A DNA stretch of 64,000 nt. Source: an uncultured virus (IMG/VR IMGVR_UViG_3300021961_000069). Taxonomy: Duplodnaviria; Heunggongvirae; Uroviricota; Caudoviricetes. Position 1 is the stretch's first letter. Every line of letters begins with the position of its first letter. Made by a program: the position numbers and the translations under genes. Shown one piece after another: positions 26,647 to 36,911 of the stretch. The notes under the pieces are model-generated. The model did no database searches. It was given only the letters and a program-made list of their open reading frames with translations, and was not told the DNA's origin. The DNA lies in the IMG/VR virus record IMGVR_UViG_3300021961_000069. One strand, written 5' to 3'.

Positions 26647-27991
26647 TGTAAAATTCCTCTAGTTCTGGAAATGTAGCGAGAAAATCGGTCCCTCTACGTT
26701 TGTCGTATTCTACAAACCAATTGTAAAAATCTTTCCTACCTTCTTCTAAACGTTCTTTACTGTACTCAGTATTTTCAAAATACTTTACTACACGCAGAAA
26801 CTTTTCAAATTCTAGTTCTGAAAATTTAGTCCTATCTTTATCATCTAGATTATCACGGATAAAGTCTAGGCTTTCTAACATATAAGGCATGAATTCATCT
26901 TTAGGAAGTATGTTCATATCATACTGTAATGGTTCTTTTAGATAAGGAGTATCGAATCTAATGCGTTGCCAACGATTCTGATTAAAACCATTGTATTGTT
27001 TTCTCCATTCTAAGAACTTAGCGAGCAACGATTTAAAATTAGTTACCGTTAAGATATTAAATGTAATCATAAATGTTATCGGTAATGTTGTGCGTTCTAG
27101 ATATCTCTTAAAATTATTTTCCCATACTTCTAAATCTAGTCCAGTACGGATATATTCCGCTTGAGGTCCCCAAGTATCCATACTAGTAAAAACTTTAAAG
27201 TCTTTAATACACCCTTTTTCTACTAAAGTATTAACTTTATCTATGAATCTATCTATGATTACTGGCTTAGCACCTAGATTAGTGTTGATGTTTAGTTCTA
27301 GATTAGGCAAGGGATTCTGTTCTAGTTCATCAAATAGTCTCCAAGTAGATTGCTGTAGTAGAGGTTCTCCGCCTGTGATGCGCAGTATGGTTAAAGTTTT
27401 CCTCACTTCGGGCCACCATTGCCACCATGCGGCTACATATGGATTACGTTCTTCCTCGTGTATGGTGAACCAATCGATATCGTTGCGATGATTCTTAACC
27501 ATAGTGTAAGGACCGTGATCCTTGATCTCTTTATAGTATGCCGAACTGTGTTTAGGATGACAGTATCCGCACTTAAAATTACATTCGTTACCAAAACTTA
27601 TTTCTATGTACTGTGGATTCACTGGAGCTAGAGGTTCTTTCTTGATAGCTTCTAGTCTAGATTCAGTATAGATAGTTGAGTTACGCTCTAGCCTATCCGA
27701 GATATAATCTGATCCTAATGCTTCTATGTTCCAGCAGTATTGGCATCCACTGGGTTTTTCACCACGCATCATTTCGGCACGCTGTGAAATCTTTTCTTTG
27801 GTATTGTGTAAAGCACTCGGATCTTCCGCTATCTCTTCTAATGGTATAGCGTGTGGAGCAGGATGATAGCAACTATGAGTTTCTCCCGTACCGAGATAGA
27901 TAGTAGTGTGATGCCACTTGGCTAGACAGAACGTAGGAGACACTTCGTTCATTATAGGGATAAACTTCTGTATGCGAGCTTTATCTTCCAT
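26630..27991 (-). CDS. Radical SAM protein with N-terminal twitch/SPASM-like domain
   Basis: FCLAKW..SCYH..GCQYCW; CNFKCGYC; ITGGEP; start reassigned to MEDKAR. Confidence 0.88.
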   Translation of the reverse strand: MEDKARIQKFIPIMNEVSPTFCLAKWHHTTIYLGTGETHSCYHPAPHAIPLEEIAEDPSALHNTKEKISQRAEMMRGEKPSGCQYCWNIEALGSDYISDRLERNSTIYTESRLEAIKKEPLAPVNPQYIEISFGNECNFKCGYCHPKHSSAYYKEIKDHGPYTMVKNHRNDIDWFTIHEEERNPYVAAWWQWWPEVRKTLTILRITGGEPLLQQSTWRLFDELEQNPLPNLELNINTNLGAKPVIIDRFIDKVNTLVEKGCIKDFKVFTSMDTWGPQAEYIRTGLDLEVWENNFKRYLERTTLPITFMITFNILTVTNFKSLLAKFLEWRKQYNGFNQNRWQRIRFDTPYLKEPLQYDMNILPKDEFMPYMLESLDFIRDNLDDKDRTKFSELEFEKFLRVVKYFENTEYSKERLEEGRKDFYNWFVEYDKRRGTDFLATFPELEEFYNDCAQ

Positions 27992-28661
27992 AGAACTTTT
28001 CCTGTAACCAGTCAAAATTGTTAATCAACTTTAGCGCCGCGATATCATTACGATTTTTTATTCCATAATATTTGCCTTCATTGGCTCCTCTTATAGCATC
28101 TTCACCATAAGGTTTTTCTAATCCTTCAGTGCACCAAACATTTAATCTATTTTCTGTATCCTTATCATCTTGCCTATCTATTATCTTGCTGGCTAGTTTT
28201 ACACATTCACGGAACGCTGACTTCCAAGTATTGAAAGGATCTGTATTAAATGCTGTAATGTTGCTGACTTCTGTCATTGGTTTGAATAGGTTAGAAATAC
28301 TAGTAGTCATATCAGGTTTAGATGTATCCATATTAACTGTTAATGATTTTGGTAACAGTTTAACTCCACCATACCCGTATTCTAACCCATTAATAGGATT
28401 GCGACTGCGCCATACATGTACGTTCTCTAGATCATATTCTGGAACTACATAATTAAAATTAAAACTCGGTAGTATTTCAGCATCAGCATCAACTACCCAA
28501 AACATTTTAGTAAAAGATTTTTTAGCCGCGGCTATGTGTGCTTGATGTATCCCTCTAACTCCATCAACACGCTGTGCATACGAGAATCTTTCTTTCAATG
28601 CAGAAAAATTTTTATCTGCTGTTGGCTCATTATAACTAATAAAAATTATATCGTATCTCAT
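27981..28661 (-). CDS. GT-A (GT2-like) glycosyltransferase
   Basis: DIIFISYNE, AH.AAA, WVVDADA (DxD), YGYGGVKL, W.SAFRE..KL. Confidence 0.72.
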   Translation of the reverse strand: MRYDIIFISYNEPTADKNFSALKERFSYAQRVDGVRGIHQAHIAAAKKSFTKMFWVVDADAEILPSFNFNYVVPEYDLENVHVWRSRNPINGLEYGYGGVKLLPKSLTVNMDTSKPDMTTSISNLFKPMTEVSNITAFNTDPFNTWKSAFRECVKLASKIIDRQDDKDTENRLNVWCTEGLEKPYGEDAIRGANEGKYYGIKNRNDIAALKLINNFDWLQEKFYGR

Positions 28662-29554
28662 TGTTTAAAATATGTTAATCCAAGATTAATAGTTTCGTCG
28701 TATAAATCTAAAGTATATTTGCTCATAGCTGGATCCATATACACCCAATCTAATCCTAGTTCTAATTTAATTTTATCGCCTAAGTTTTTTATCTCTTCTA
28801 TTAGTTTGTTCTCATCTTGTTCTAGATGTACGACACAATCATCGTATAACTGTCTCAATAGTTCAAAGTCACGTACATCAACATAATTCCAATCTGAGCA
28901 GTTAGTCATCCAAGTGCCTAATCTAGCACCATAGATAGCGAATAGTCCATTATCCTTATGTGAGCCTACTGTGCTCCACATACGCAATCTGTGTATGTTA
29001 TGCCACCATATCTGTTGCTTGATTTCTTGGGGTGGAACTTTCACTCCGTCTAACAGTGTCATCTTGACACCTTCACGGAATCCTGCTCTCCACGCTTGGA
29101 AAGGACTTCCTGTGATTATGCTATCACTATACACTCTTGGAAAATTACGGTATCCATCTTCCCAACAGAAATCCACTTGAGCTCTATCTGATTCTGCGGC
29201 TTCGTGTGTCTTCATGTTAAGGACGAAGTCCTTCTTCCAGATTTTTAATCCGCCATTGCCATAGCGTAGTCCATTGATGCTGTTACGTCCGCACCATCCA
29301 TACACTTTAATCTTAGGATCTGACATATCTAAGTCTAGATTAAAGAATTCTGGTTGCACTATATTGTCAGCATCTACAGTTACGAACCATTCTGTATCAC
29401 TCTGTTCAGCGGCGGCTTTGTGTGCGGCGTCTGATCCTTTGACTCCATGGACACGTTTAGCCCAAGGTACTTTATCACACAAGTCTGCATAATGCAGATC
29501 CGCGTTAGGTTCATCATAACTCAGGAATATTGTATCAAATTCTGCTACTCTCAT
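28658..29554 (-). CDS. GT-A (GT2-like) glycosyltransferase, paralogue of 27981..28661
   Basis: IFLSYDEP, AHKAAA, TVDADN, YGNGGLK, WRAGFREG.K. Confidence 0.72.
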   Translation of the reverse strand: MRVAEFDTIFLSYDEPNADLHYADLCDKVPWAKRVHGVKGSDAAHKAAAEQSDTEWFVTVDADNIVQPEFFNLDLDMSDPKIKVYGWCGRNSINGLRYGNGGLKIWKKDFVLNMKTHEAAESDRAQVDFCWEDGYRNFPRVYSDSIITGSPFQAWRAGFREGVKMTLLDGVKVPPQEIKQQIWWHNIHRLRMWSTVGSHKDNGLFAIYGARLGTWMTNCSDWNYVDVRDFELLRQLYDDCVVHLEQDENKLIEEIKNLGDKIKLELGLDWVYMDPAMSKYTLDLYDETINLGLTYFKQ

Positions 29555-30141
29555 TCTATTACGTAATCCTTAAAAATTCTTCTTGTATAGATGCTGTAAT
29601 TTTCTGGAACATCTCTGATATCAATAATTTTTTCTTTTCCTACTAAGTCATTTAATTTTATAGTAATCATTTTATATAATATGTTAGGATCATTGTAGTC
29701 CGTTACTAAAAAATTTAAATCTGTATCTCCATCCCATAATATTTTGCGTTTTTTAACAGGTTGGAATTTATCATCTTGTATGTAAGTTCCACCGTATTCT
29801 TCTGTAAGATAAAATACCAAAGAATCGTTTTTATTTGAGATATAAATATCTGGTTTTTCTATATTACTCCATTTTTTAGAAATTATCCTATGTACAACAT
29901 CATCTAATTTGTGTACCTGTTTAACTTCTGATACTTCGATAGTCTTTTCTCTAAGATCGATAAAACAGCTCTGTATTCTTATATTGCCTTGTATTATGTC
30001 TTCTGCTGTTTCATTATCTATCTCTATAGTATGTTTTCTTTCTTGGAGTGCTGATTTAGGTCCTACACTTAGTACCTCTCCTGTGTCTGGATTAAATTCT
30101 GCGAGATAACTGGCTTCAATTTTTATTATAAACTCTTCCAT
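29551..30141 (-). CDS. Hypothetical protein
   Basis: 196-aa coupled ORF within the glycan cluster. Confidence 0.6.
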   Translation of the reverse strand: MEEFIIKIEASYLAEFNPDTGEVLSVGPKSALQERKHTIEIDNETAEDIIQGNIRIQSCFIDLREKTIEVSEVKQVHKLDDVVHRIISKKWSNIEKPDIYISNKNDSLVFYLTEEYGGTYIQDDKFQPVKKRKILWDGDTDLNFLVTDYNDPNILYKMITIKLNDLVGKEKIIDIRDVPENYSIYTRRIFKDYVIE

Positions 30142-30968
30142 GCTATCTCCTCTAAGATGTTGATTAATTCATCATCTATCTTATCTTTTTCTACGTAATG
30201 CACTATATCATATTGTTGATAGTTTGAAATTTTTAAATTGCCTTTTTTATTAAGATAAAATCCAATATGATCGCTCCATTTGTCTGCAGGCCACGGCCAA
30301 TTCTGTACCATAGGTTTCATATGAACTACCTTAGGAAATTCTAATGGGTAACTTATATCTCCTACGATATCTAAAATTTTTGCTGATAGTGAGAATGCTT
30401 CGTCTGTTCCTACAACCTTGGGTTTATAATTAGTTAAAAATAAATTAGAAAATTCTTTTGGATTTTTAATAATATACCTTCCTAATTCAAAAAATTCTTT
30501 TGCAAGTTCACTATCTTTTTTAAAGAAAGTATAAAAACTATAGAGATTAGGTAATTGATTTTTAGTGAATGTTTTTCTATACTCGTCACTAGTGACTATT
30601 TCATTCCTATAAGTATAACTCTTGTTTGGAACATAAAGCTCTGAATTCTCTATAAAATAATCTATCCAATGGCTATAGTCTCTAGTAAAAAGCATATCAA
30701 CATCTAAACATACTGTGTGATCAAATGGCGTTAGTTTATCCATCCATGATCTTCCATCCCAGAATGTTTCTTGATCCCATTCTATAATATGATCAAACAC
30801 CCAATTTGATTTTAAGGAAGATAGTCGATCTTTATTATCTGTTACTAATGCTACTTTATCGTATCCTTCACGTTGTGTATTTTTAATACTTAAAGCCAAA
30901 GCATATGCTAACTTTAGATAATCTACAGTTTCGTGTTCAGATATAATTAGTAGATATCCAAAGTTCAT
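30126..30968 (-). CDS. GT-A (GT8-like) nucleotide-sugar transferase
   Basis: YLKLAYALALSI, LTPFDHTVCLDVD (DxD), TDEAF, VHMK, HY. Confidence 0.65.
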   Translation of the reverse strand: MNFGYLLIISEHETVDYLKLAYALALSIKNTQREGYDKVALVTDNKDRLSSLKSNWVFDHIIEWDQETFWDGRSWMDKLTPFDHTVCLDVDMLFTRDYSHWIDYFIENSELYVPNKSYTYRNEIVTSDEYRKTFTKNQLPNLYSFYTFFKKDSELAKEFFELGRYIIKNPKEFSNLFLTNYKPKVVGTDEAFSLSAKILDIVGDISYPLEFPKVVHMKPMVQNWPWPADKWSDHIGFYLNKKGNLKISNYQQYDIVHYVEKDKIDDELINILEEIAWKSL

Positions 30969-31828
30969 ATTAATTCTAGCAGTTTTTCTGCATTTCTAGT
31001 TACGCTCTGTTTGTTCATTATATGTATATCTGAATTTTTCATAGATACTGCGAAAGGAGTAGAGCCGGTTAGAGGAGAAATTAAAAATATTAATCTCCCG
31101 TCATTTGTTACTTCTGATAATATGTCTCTACCTATTGCTGTTAATACCGGTGGCAGACTAGGAGTTATTTCCGTTTCAAATCCAGATATTATATGTTTGG
31201 CAACACTAAAACTAATATCATTACGATATTGTCTAGTATTAAATCGAAAGACATCTCCATAATATTGATAGTTGTCACGAACAAAATTTACCATATCAAA
31301 AAATGCTTTGGCTCTTGGAGTTTTACTAAACATTACTGTGGTTGCCCAAAACATATGTATTCCTGTATCAGAAACATATCTATCATGATATCCTTTTCGT
31401 TTTTCATCATAGATATCATTCATTGCCTGTGATATTAATACATCTTCATCAATATCCCAATATTCATTTAACCTATCTGAAAATACAAAATAATCGCTGT
31501 CTAATAATAAAGTTCTATCATATGGAGATAATTCATAAGCATTGGATCTATTTGAATTAACAAAAGGAACTTTCACTTTTTCTTCACCGTCTTGTAGATT
31601 ACGATAGTTTTCAGTCACAGGTTTTTCTACTTCTATAATCTTATCAAATATTTTTTGACTCTTATCATATATTTTTGATTCTTGCATCCAATTAATAGTT
31701 GTCGAATCAGTTATTAAACTAACAGGAATGTCTAAATGTTTTTTAGCAAGACCGCCCGATATTAATGCCAATAAGGCATAATCAACTGTCCTGTTGTTAT
31801 GAGCAAATAATAAAGCACCTCGGGTCAT
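30965..31828 (-). CDS. GT-A (GT8-like) nucleotide-sugar transferase, paralogue of 30126..30968
   Basis: LSPYDRTLLLDSD (DxD), WAT, RNDISFS, HIMNK. Confidence 0.65.
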   Translation of the reverse strand: MTRGALLFAHNNRTVDYALLALISGGLAKKHLDIPVSLITDSTTINWMQESKIYDKSQKIFDKIIEVEKPVTENYRNLQDGEEKVKVPFVNSNRSNAYELSPYDRTLLLDSDYFVFSDRLNEYWDIDEDVLISQAMNDIYDEKRKGYHDRYVSDTGIHMFWATTVMFSKTPRAKAFFDMVNFVRDNYQYYGDVFRFNTRQYRNDISFSVAKHIISGFETEITPSLPPVLTAIGRDILSEVTNDGRLIFLISPLTGSTPFAVSMKNSDIHIMNKQSVTRNAEKLLELI

Positions 31829-32172
31829 ACTTCTAACAGTTTTTCTACTGACCGTGCTTTTTTAAGATCTTGATATCTTTCATAATACTCAAGAGTTGCT
31901 GTGAAATATCTATCTAATATTTCATCACGGAATTTAGATAAATCTTCAATCATTATAGGATTTTCATTAGCATCTAATAATGGTGCTTCATTCCTATCTT
32001 GATCTATTAGCATCTGTACAAATGTCAATAGAGATCTATCAATCTTAAATATTCCTCCGTTGATACCATATGTTAGCTGGCTTTCAACTTTTTCCTTGAG
32101 AGTCTTTCGTTGGATGGCAAACGATTGCCTGTAATTAGCAAAATCGAGAGCCTTCTTGAGTTGTTCTTCCAT
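31825..32172 (-). CDS. Hypothetical protein (possible tail-fibre chaperone)
   Basis: AGGAG SD; first gene after late promoter 32200-32207. Confidence 0.55.
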   Translation of the reverse strand: MEEQLKKALDFANYRQSFAIQRKTLKEKVESQLTYGINGGIFKIDRSLLTFVQMLIDQDRNEAPLLDANENPIMIEDLSKFRDEILDRYFTATLEYYERYQDLKKARSVEKLLEV

Positions 32173-32199
32173 GAAGTTCTCCTTATTATAGTAGCAGTT

Positions 32200-32207
32200 T
32201 ATTTATA
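32200..32207 (-). promoter_or_regulatory. T4-type late promoter TATAAATA heading the glycan cluster
   Basis: TATTTATA on + strand = exact consensus on - strand. Confidence 0.75.
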
Positions 32208-32231
32208 GACTACTTTCAAGGAGATGGAAAT

Positions 32232-34118
32232 TTATGAACCTGTGATAGTTCCTAATGTGACTGTTGGTGTTTCTATGGTAAAAGTACCTGAAGGTGATAA
32301 AGTTCCTGTAGCTTTTAATGATGTAACAGCGTATGCTAAAGTTCCATCAACTGTATCTAAGGCGGCATCACCTGCGAAATAATCATCTTCCCATTCTATT
32401 TTGAACTGTATCACATTAGGTGTTCCTGTATGTCTTGCAGAAATCCTATAATAATTCTCTGCATACGGGCTAGATGCATTAGCTTCATACCAAGGTTGGA
32501 ATGATGATGTTAGTCTATGATAATTTGTACCGTCTGTAGGAGTTGTTCCTAAACTAGGTTGTCCTCCGCCAAATGCTTGTGTTCCTGCAGTGCCTAGTAA
32601 AGATGTCCAAGTATTGTTATGGGTGTTTGATGTTCCACCAGTTCTAGATGAAAAGAATCTAAATTCTCCGCCACTGTTAAAGAAAAATCTAGCTTTTTCT
32701 GCAGTGGTGAATGATACTTGAACTGTCGCTGTAAGTAAAGCAGTCCAATCGGAGGTATATGTTATTGTTCCGTGATTTGTTGTTAAACTCTGAGATCCAG
32801 GAGGTTCTGATAATCTCCTAGCATCTAATATATTAGCGTAAAGCTCATATTGTTTATACGGTGCTGTTAGCGCATTAGCTTTAACTTTAAGGCTTTCTGA
32901 TGCATCTACTAATGATGGAGTAGTTCCATAAATGTGCTTATAAGCACTAATTATATCATTTTTAAGATTAGCGTAGTCATTAACTGAAACTTTATTACTG
33001 ACAGAAACTTGAGAGCTTAATACTGTCTGTCCATACCCTCTGTCACCTGTGCCTGTACCTAATACATTAGCCACTGTAGTTTGCACATTATTATAATCAG
33101 CCCTTCTAATCGTAATACTTTCTGGAGATGAAACAGCACCTACTGAACTATCACCGATAGTAAATGTGGCGGATTCTGAAGTGCCAACTACAGTTAATGT
33201 TACGACTTCACTACCTTCTGTGGTAGAATCATTTACTAACGTTATCGCGGCAGTACCAGTTCCGTTGGCTCCTGAATCTGTGCTGGTTATCGTGAATGAT
33301 CCGGATAGTGTTCCTGTAGAAAAATCACTACCGGTGACTCCTGTTCCTGATAACACGTAATTAACAGTAGTACCGTTTGGAACATTTCTTGTTCTTAATG
33401 TGAATGTAATTGTTTCACCTTCTGATATTCCTGTAACATCAGATGTTAATTCGTAGTCTGGTTCATAGTATTGAATTATGACGATACCTCGGCCGCCTGC
33501 TCCGCCTGTGCCTCGGCCACCACCACCGCCACCTCCGGTATTAACTGTACCTGCTTCTGCAGGACTCGTTCTTGTAGCACCACCGCCAGCACCACCACCA
33601 CCTTGTGATCTCGTGACTGGAATATCAACACTATATTGTGTTGTATTGGGAGAGCCGCCTTGACCACCTCCACCGTAATAATTTCCGGTTACGATCCAGT
33701 AATAGCCGTCTGCTCCTACTCCTGGAAAATCACCTGCATTTTTTCCTGGCGATACGGGAGATGCTCCTCCTCCGCCTGTTCTAGCTGAAGGTGTTCCACC
33801 TACTCCTCCGGCACTGCTTCCGCCACCTCCTAGATTACTAGCGCCTCCGCCACCTCCGGCGGCTGTTACTGAATCGAACCTCGATGTTACACCATTACCG
33901 CCTGCACCGCCACCGTTTCCTACTGTAACTGTTAATGATGCTCCTGGCGTAACAACAAAATTTTCTTGCAAGGTTACACGGCCGCCGCCTCCGCCGCCGC
34001 CGTTGGTGTTTCCTCCACCGCCACCACCACCGACGACAAATACTTTATTGATTAAAGTAACATCGGATGGGACTGTCCAGGTAGTAGAACTCGTAAATGT
34101 TTGTGTTATTAACGCCAT
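32232..34118 (-). CDS. Virion/tail protein with Gly-rich N-terminal domain
   Basis: FTSSTTWTVP..VVGGGGGGG and NTGGGGGG Gly-rich domain; Calx-beta-like middle; C-terminal domain paralogous to 34158..35081. Confidence 0.7.
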   Translation of the reverse strand: MALITQTFTSSTTWTVPSDVTLINKVFVVGGGGGGGNTNGGGGGGGRVTLQENFVVTPGASLTVTVGNGGGAGGNGVTSRFDSVTAAGGGGGASNLGGGGSSAGGVGGTPSARTGGGGASPVSPGKNAGDFPGVGADGYYWIVTGNYYGGGGQGGSPNTTQYSVDIPVTRSQGGGGAGGGATRTSPAEAGTVNTGGGGGGGRGTGGAGGRGIVIIQYYEPDYELTSDVTGISEGETITFTLRTRNVPNGTTVNYVLSGTGVTGSDFSTGTLSGSFTITSTDSGANGTGTAAITLVNDSTTEGSEVVTLTVVGTSESATFTIGDSSVGAVSSPESITIRRADYNNVQTTVANVLGTGTGDRGYGQTVLSSQVSVSNKVSVNDYANLKNDIISAYKHIYGTTPSLVDASESLKVKANALTAPYKQYELYANILDARRLSEPPGSQSLTTNHGTITYTSDWTALLTATVQVSFTTAEKARFFFNSGGEFRFFSSRTGGTSNTHNNTWTSLLGTAGTQAFGGGQPSLGTTPTDGTNYHRLTSSFQPWYEANASSPYAENYYRISARHTGTPNVIQFKIEWEDDYFAGDAALDTVDGTLAYAVTSLKATGTLSPSGTFTIETPTVTLGTITGS

Positions 34119-34157
34119 CTTTTTCTATTATATTATACTAACTTCTATTTAAGTTTA

Positions 34158-35081
34158 TTAACTAGTAGTTATGCTTGATATTGAGTATGATGGGCTTTCG
34201 ATATTGAAATATGAGGAGTCTGCTGGATATAAAGGGGATCTAGCTTTAAGTTCATCAACATCAATACGTAAGGTACCATCAATAGGACCATCACCTGGAG
34301 GTGGTGCTCCTGGATCAACATATTCATCTGCCCATGTAAATCTAAAAGTAACTACATTTGCTGTACCATTAACATTAGTTGCGTCTGAACAATTACACAA
34401 TGCTTCTATTTTGAAATAGTTTGCCGCATATGGTGCTGAACTACTTCGTAGGAACAGTGTTGTATAACTTGTGGTTAATGTGTAAAAATTAGAGGTTAAT
34501 GGAATATTTCCTCCAATATCAACTGTTCCAACTCCGGTTAATAATGCGTTCCACGCATTAGATTGTATGGGATTAGAAGCAGAAGGGTTCGCAACAAACG
34601 ATGTATTGACTCTTACTTTTCCGCCACTATTAAAAAAATGTCTCGCATCGTTGGCATTTAACCAAGTTGTTGTTAAAGTACATTGAGCTTCTGCTGACCA
34701 AGTTGCTGATGTGGATTGTGAGGCAACTGATGGGGTAAGTTCTGTATTAGATGGTGCTATCTCAAATTTTTCAATTACTGCTTGATCAGCGATTGTAATA
34801 TAGTTTGTGACAGGATGTCCGGCGCCATATCTAATTACATCACCTTGATTAACTGATATCAAGGCAGGTGCTTCGCCATCTTGATGATATTTGGCTGTTA
34901 GAACATCATATCTTAATGCTGTCCATTGTGCTTCAGTAACATTGTTTCCTGGAGCGACATCTGTGCTTTGAAGAGGCTGGCCGTACCCACTCTGGCCAAC
35001 TCCATTACCTAAAATATTTAAGATTTTGCTACGGATGTTGTTGTAATCAACAGCACTTATGTTTGTTCCAACACCAGCCAT
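34158..35081 (-). CDS. Virion structural protein (tail/baseplate)
   Basis: DYNNI..LG.G.G..GYGQ, ARHFFNSGG and YAANY shared with the neighbouring gene. Confidence 0.7.
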   Translation of the reverse strand: MAGVGTNISAVDYNNIRSKILNILGNGVGQSGYGQPLQSTDVAPGNNVTEAQWTALRYDVLTAKYHQDGEAPALISVNQGDVIRYGAGHPVTNYITIADQAVIEKFEIAPSNTELTPSVASQSTSATWSAEAQCTLTTTWLNANDARHFFNSGGKVRVNTSFVANPSASNPIQSNAWNALLTGVGTVDIGGNIPLTSNFYTLTTSYTTLFLRSSSAPYAANYFKIEALCNCSDATNVNGTANVVTFRFTWADEYVDPGAPPPGDGPIDGTLRIDVDELKARSPLYPADSSYFNIESPSYSISSITTS

Positions 35082-36883
35082 TACAACACCACTGCTTCGA
35101 TCAATTTGACTTCTATAGAATCACTACTTTCAAGTGCTATTGCGAATGGCATGCACGAATCTTTATCTACTGAAGCGAAACCTATACCGTGTGCCACTAA
35201 TCTGTCACCTTTATGTACAGGACCAAATACCTTAACTGGTACTCTACCTTTTAATGCTACATACACTCCGCCTTCGAGATCTTTATTCATCATGAATGCT
35301 GGATTTTCTGATATAACACCAATTGGGCGATCACCTGTTTTGCTTGCTGTGATCTCTTTCGCTCCCCCTACTGATACTACTGTACCAGTTTCATACTCTT
35401 CATCTGCAAGATATTTTTCTGCTAAGTCAGCATAACGTGCCGCTGTTGCAGTACCTTGGAATAATGCCGCATATAAATCTCCAGCACTATCTCTAGCCGC
35501 AATACTATTTGCTGTTGCTGTTGATTTTGCTGTTCTATAATTTGGATCAGTGTCTGTAGCACTGTTATCAATTTTGATTCTATCTGCTTTATCTGCTGTA
35601 CCTACAAATTGTGCCGCTGTGATATTACCTGTAGCATCACGAACCGGAATTGATGTTTTGTCTGCGGATGCTGGTAACGCAATTGATGGTGCTATAGATG
35701 TTAATAAGTTTGCATTATCTGCTGTACCTGTTAGAGTACCTTGCACGTCACCAAATAGTGTACCTCTTAATGTTCCGCCTGTATATCCGATTTCTTTCGA
35801 AGTGGCATTAACTAAAACTTGTGTATCAGGAGCAATTACATTACCTGTATGTACTCCAGTAGTATTTCCTGTAACATTTCCTGTTAGATTTCCAGTAAAT
35901 AATGTAGCATATACATTATCCCATCTCAAAGATGTTGTACCTAAATCATATGTCGCAGTAGTACCCGGTTGAACTCCATTTTCTGTTACTCGGAATACAT
36001 CTCTTTCAGCTCCTGCAAATGCTTCACGAACTCTGACGGTGATATTTCTACCAGATAGTTGGTTTTCAATGATAGCACCGACTTGTTCATTTTCTTCTGG
36101 ATTGTACCAGATGCGTAATATCTTACCTGGATTAGATGCTGTACCTACTGTAAAACCTGGATTGTTAAAACTTACTTCGCTGGTAAATGCTAAATCGCCT
36201 GTGGTTAAATATTCTGATGCTAATTTTCCATTTAAACGTAATGCGTTTGAGCTAGTACCCCAAAAATAATGATCTGTTGATGTTACACCATTTGAATTAG
36301 TATTAACTAACGTAACACCTTTTTTGATTAATTCAAACCCTTGTCCAATTAATGCTTCGCCTGCTTTTAAAGTAAATTCTGTTGAACTTGCTACAGCGAT
36401 TGTAGTGCCTGCGGCAATAACTTTAAGTATTGTTTGATTGACGTCAAGAGTATCTTTAACGACTTCAGAAACAATCGTGGAAGTTCCTAAATCTGGACTC
36501 GCTTCTGGTCCAACTAAAACGTATTCTGTTCCGTCATAAGCATATAACTGTTTCGCGGAACTATCCCACCAAAACTCACCAGTTCCTAATCCTGACGGTG
36601 CTGATGTTGCTACTTCTGCACCACTAGCTGATTTAAATTGGCTTCCATCATAAAATTTTAATTTTTTGTTAGCACTATCGTACCAAACTTGTCCTGTAAC
36701 AGCCTTTGGTGGTGCTGATGTATTCGCAAAATTTTCTAACAGATGCAGGAAGTTTTCGTTTTGTACTTCGCCATAGCCGGCATAGTTTTTACCTACAAAA
36801 CGTATATCGGTAGTGGTATCAATGGTACCGTCTTCTACCGATGTTAAAAATGTTCCGTTAAATTTATCTACTTGATATGCCAT
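35081..36883 (-). CDS. Tail fibre protein with C-terminal YADLAE domain
   Basis: Shared N-terminal GKNY.GYGE..NENF..LLENF; GNLTGNVTG repeats; C-terminal ADLAEKY..GVIS..P..GRVPVKV chaperone/peptidase-like domain. Confidence 0.75.
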   Translation of the reverse strand: MAYQVDKFNGTFLTSVEDGTIDTTTDIRFVGKNYAGYGEVQNENFLHLLENFANTSAPPKAVTGQVWYDSANKKLKFYDGSQFKSASGAEVATSAPSGLGTGEFWWDSSAKQLYAYDGTEYVLVGPEASPDLGTSTIVSEVVKDTLDVNQTILKVIAAGTTIAVASSTEFTLKAGEALIGQGFELIKKGVTLVNTNSNGVTSTDHYFWGTSSNALRLNGKLASEYLTTGDLAFTSEVSFNNPGFTVGTASNPGKILRIWYNPEENEQVGAIIENQLSGRNITVRVREAFAGAERDVFRVTENGVQPGTTATYDLGTTSLRWDNVYATLFTGNLTGNVTGNTTGVHTGNVIAPDTQVLVNATSKEIGYTGGTLRGTLFGDVQGTLTGTADNANLLTSIAPSIALPASADKTSIPVRDATGNITAAQFVGTADKADRIKIDNSATDTDPNYRTAKSTATANSIAARDSAGDLYAALFQGTATAARYADLAEKYLADEEYETGTVVSVGGAKEITASKTGDRPIGVISENPAFMMNKDLEGGVYVALKGRVPVKVFGPVHKGDRLVAHGIGFASVDKDSCMPFAIALESSDSIEVKLIEAVVL

Positions 36884-36911
36884 GCTCTTTCGCCCTTGTT
36901 AATACTTATAT

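Noticed and set aside
33480..34040. GC-rich CCN repeats as a CRISPR array or DNA repeat element
   Set aside because: They are Gly codons of the Gly-rich domain on the - strand; no repeat-spacer periodicity
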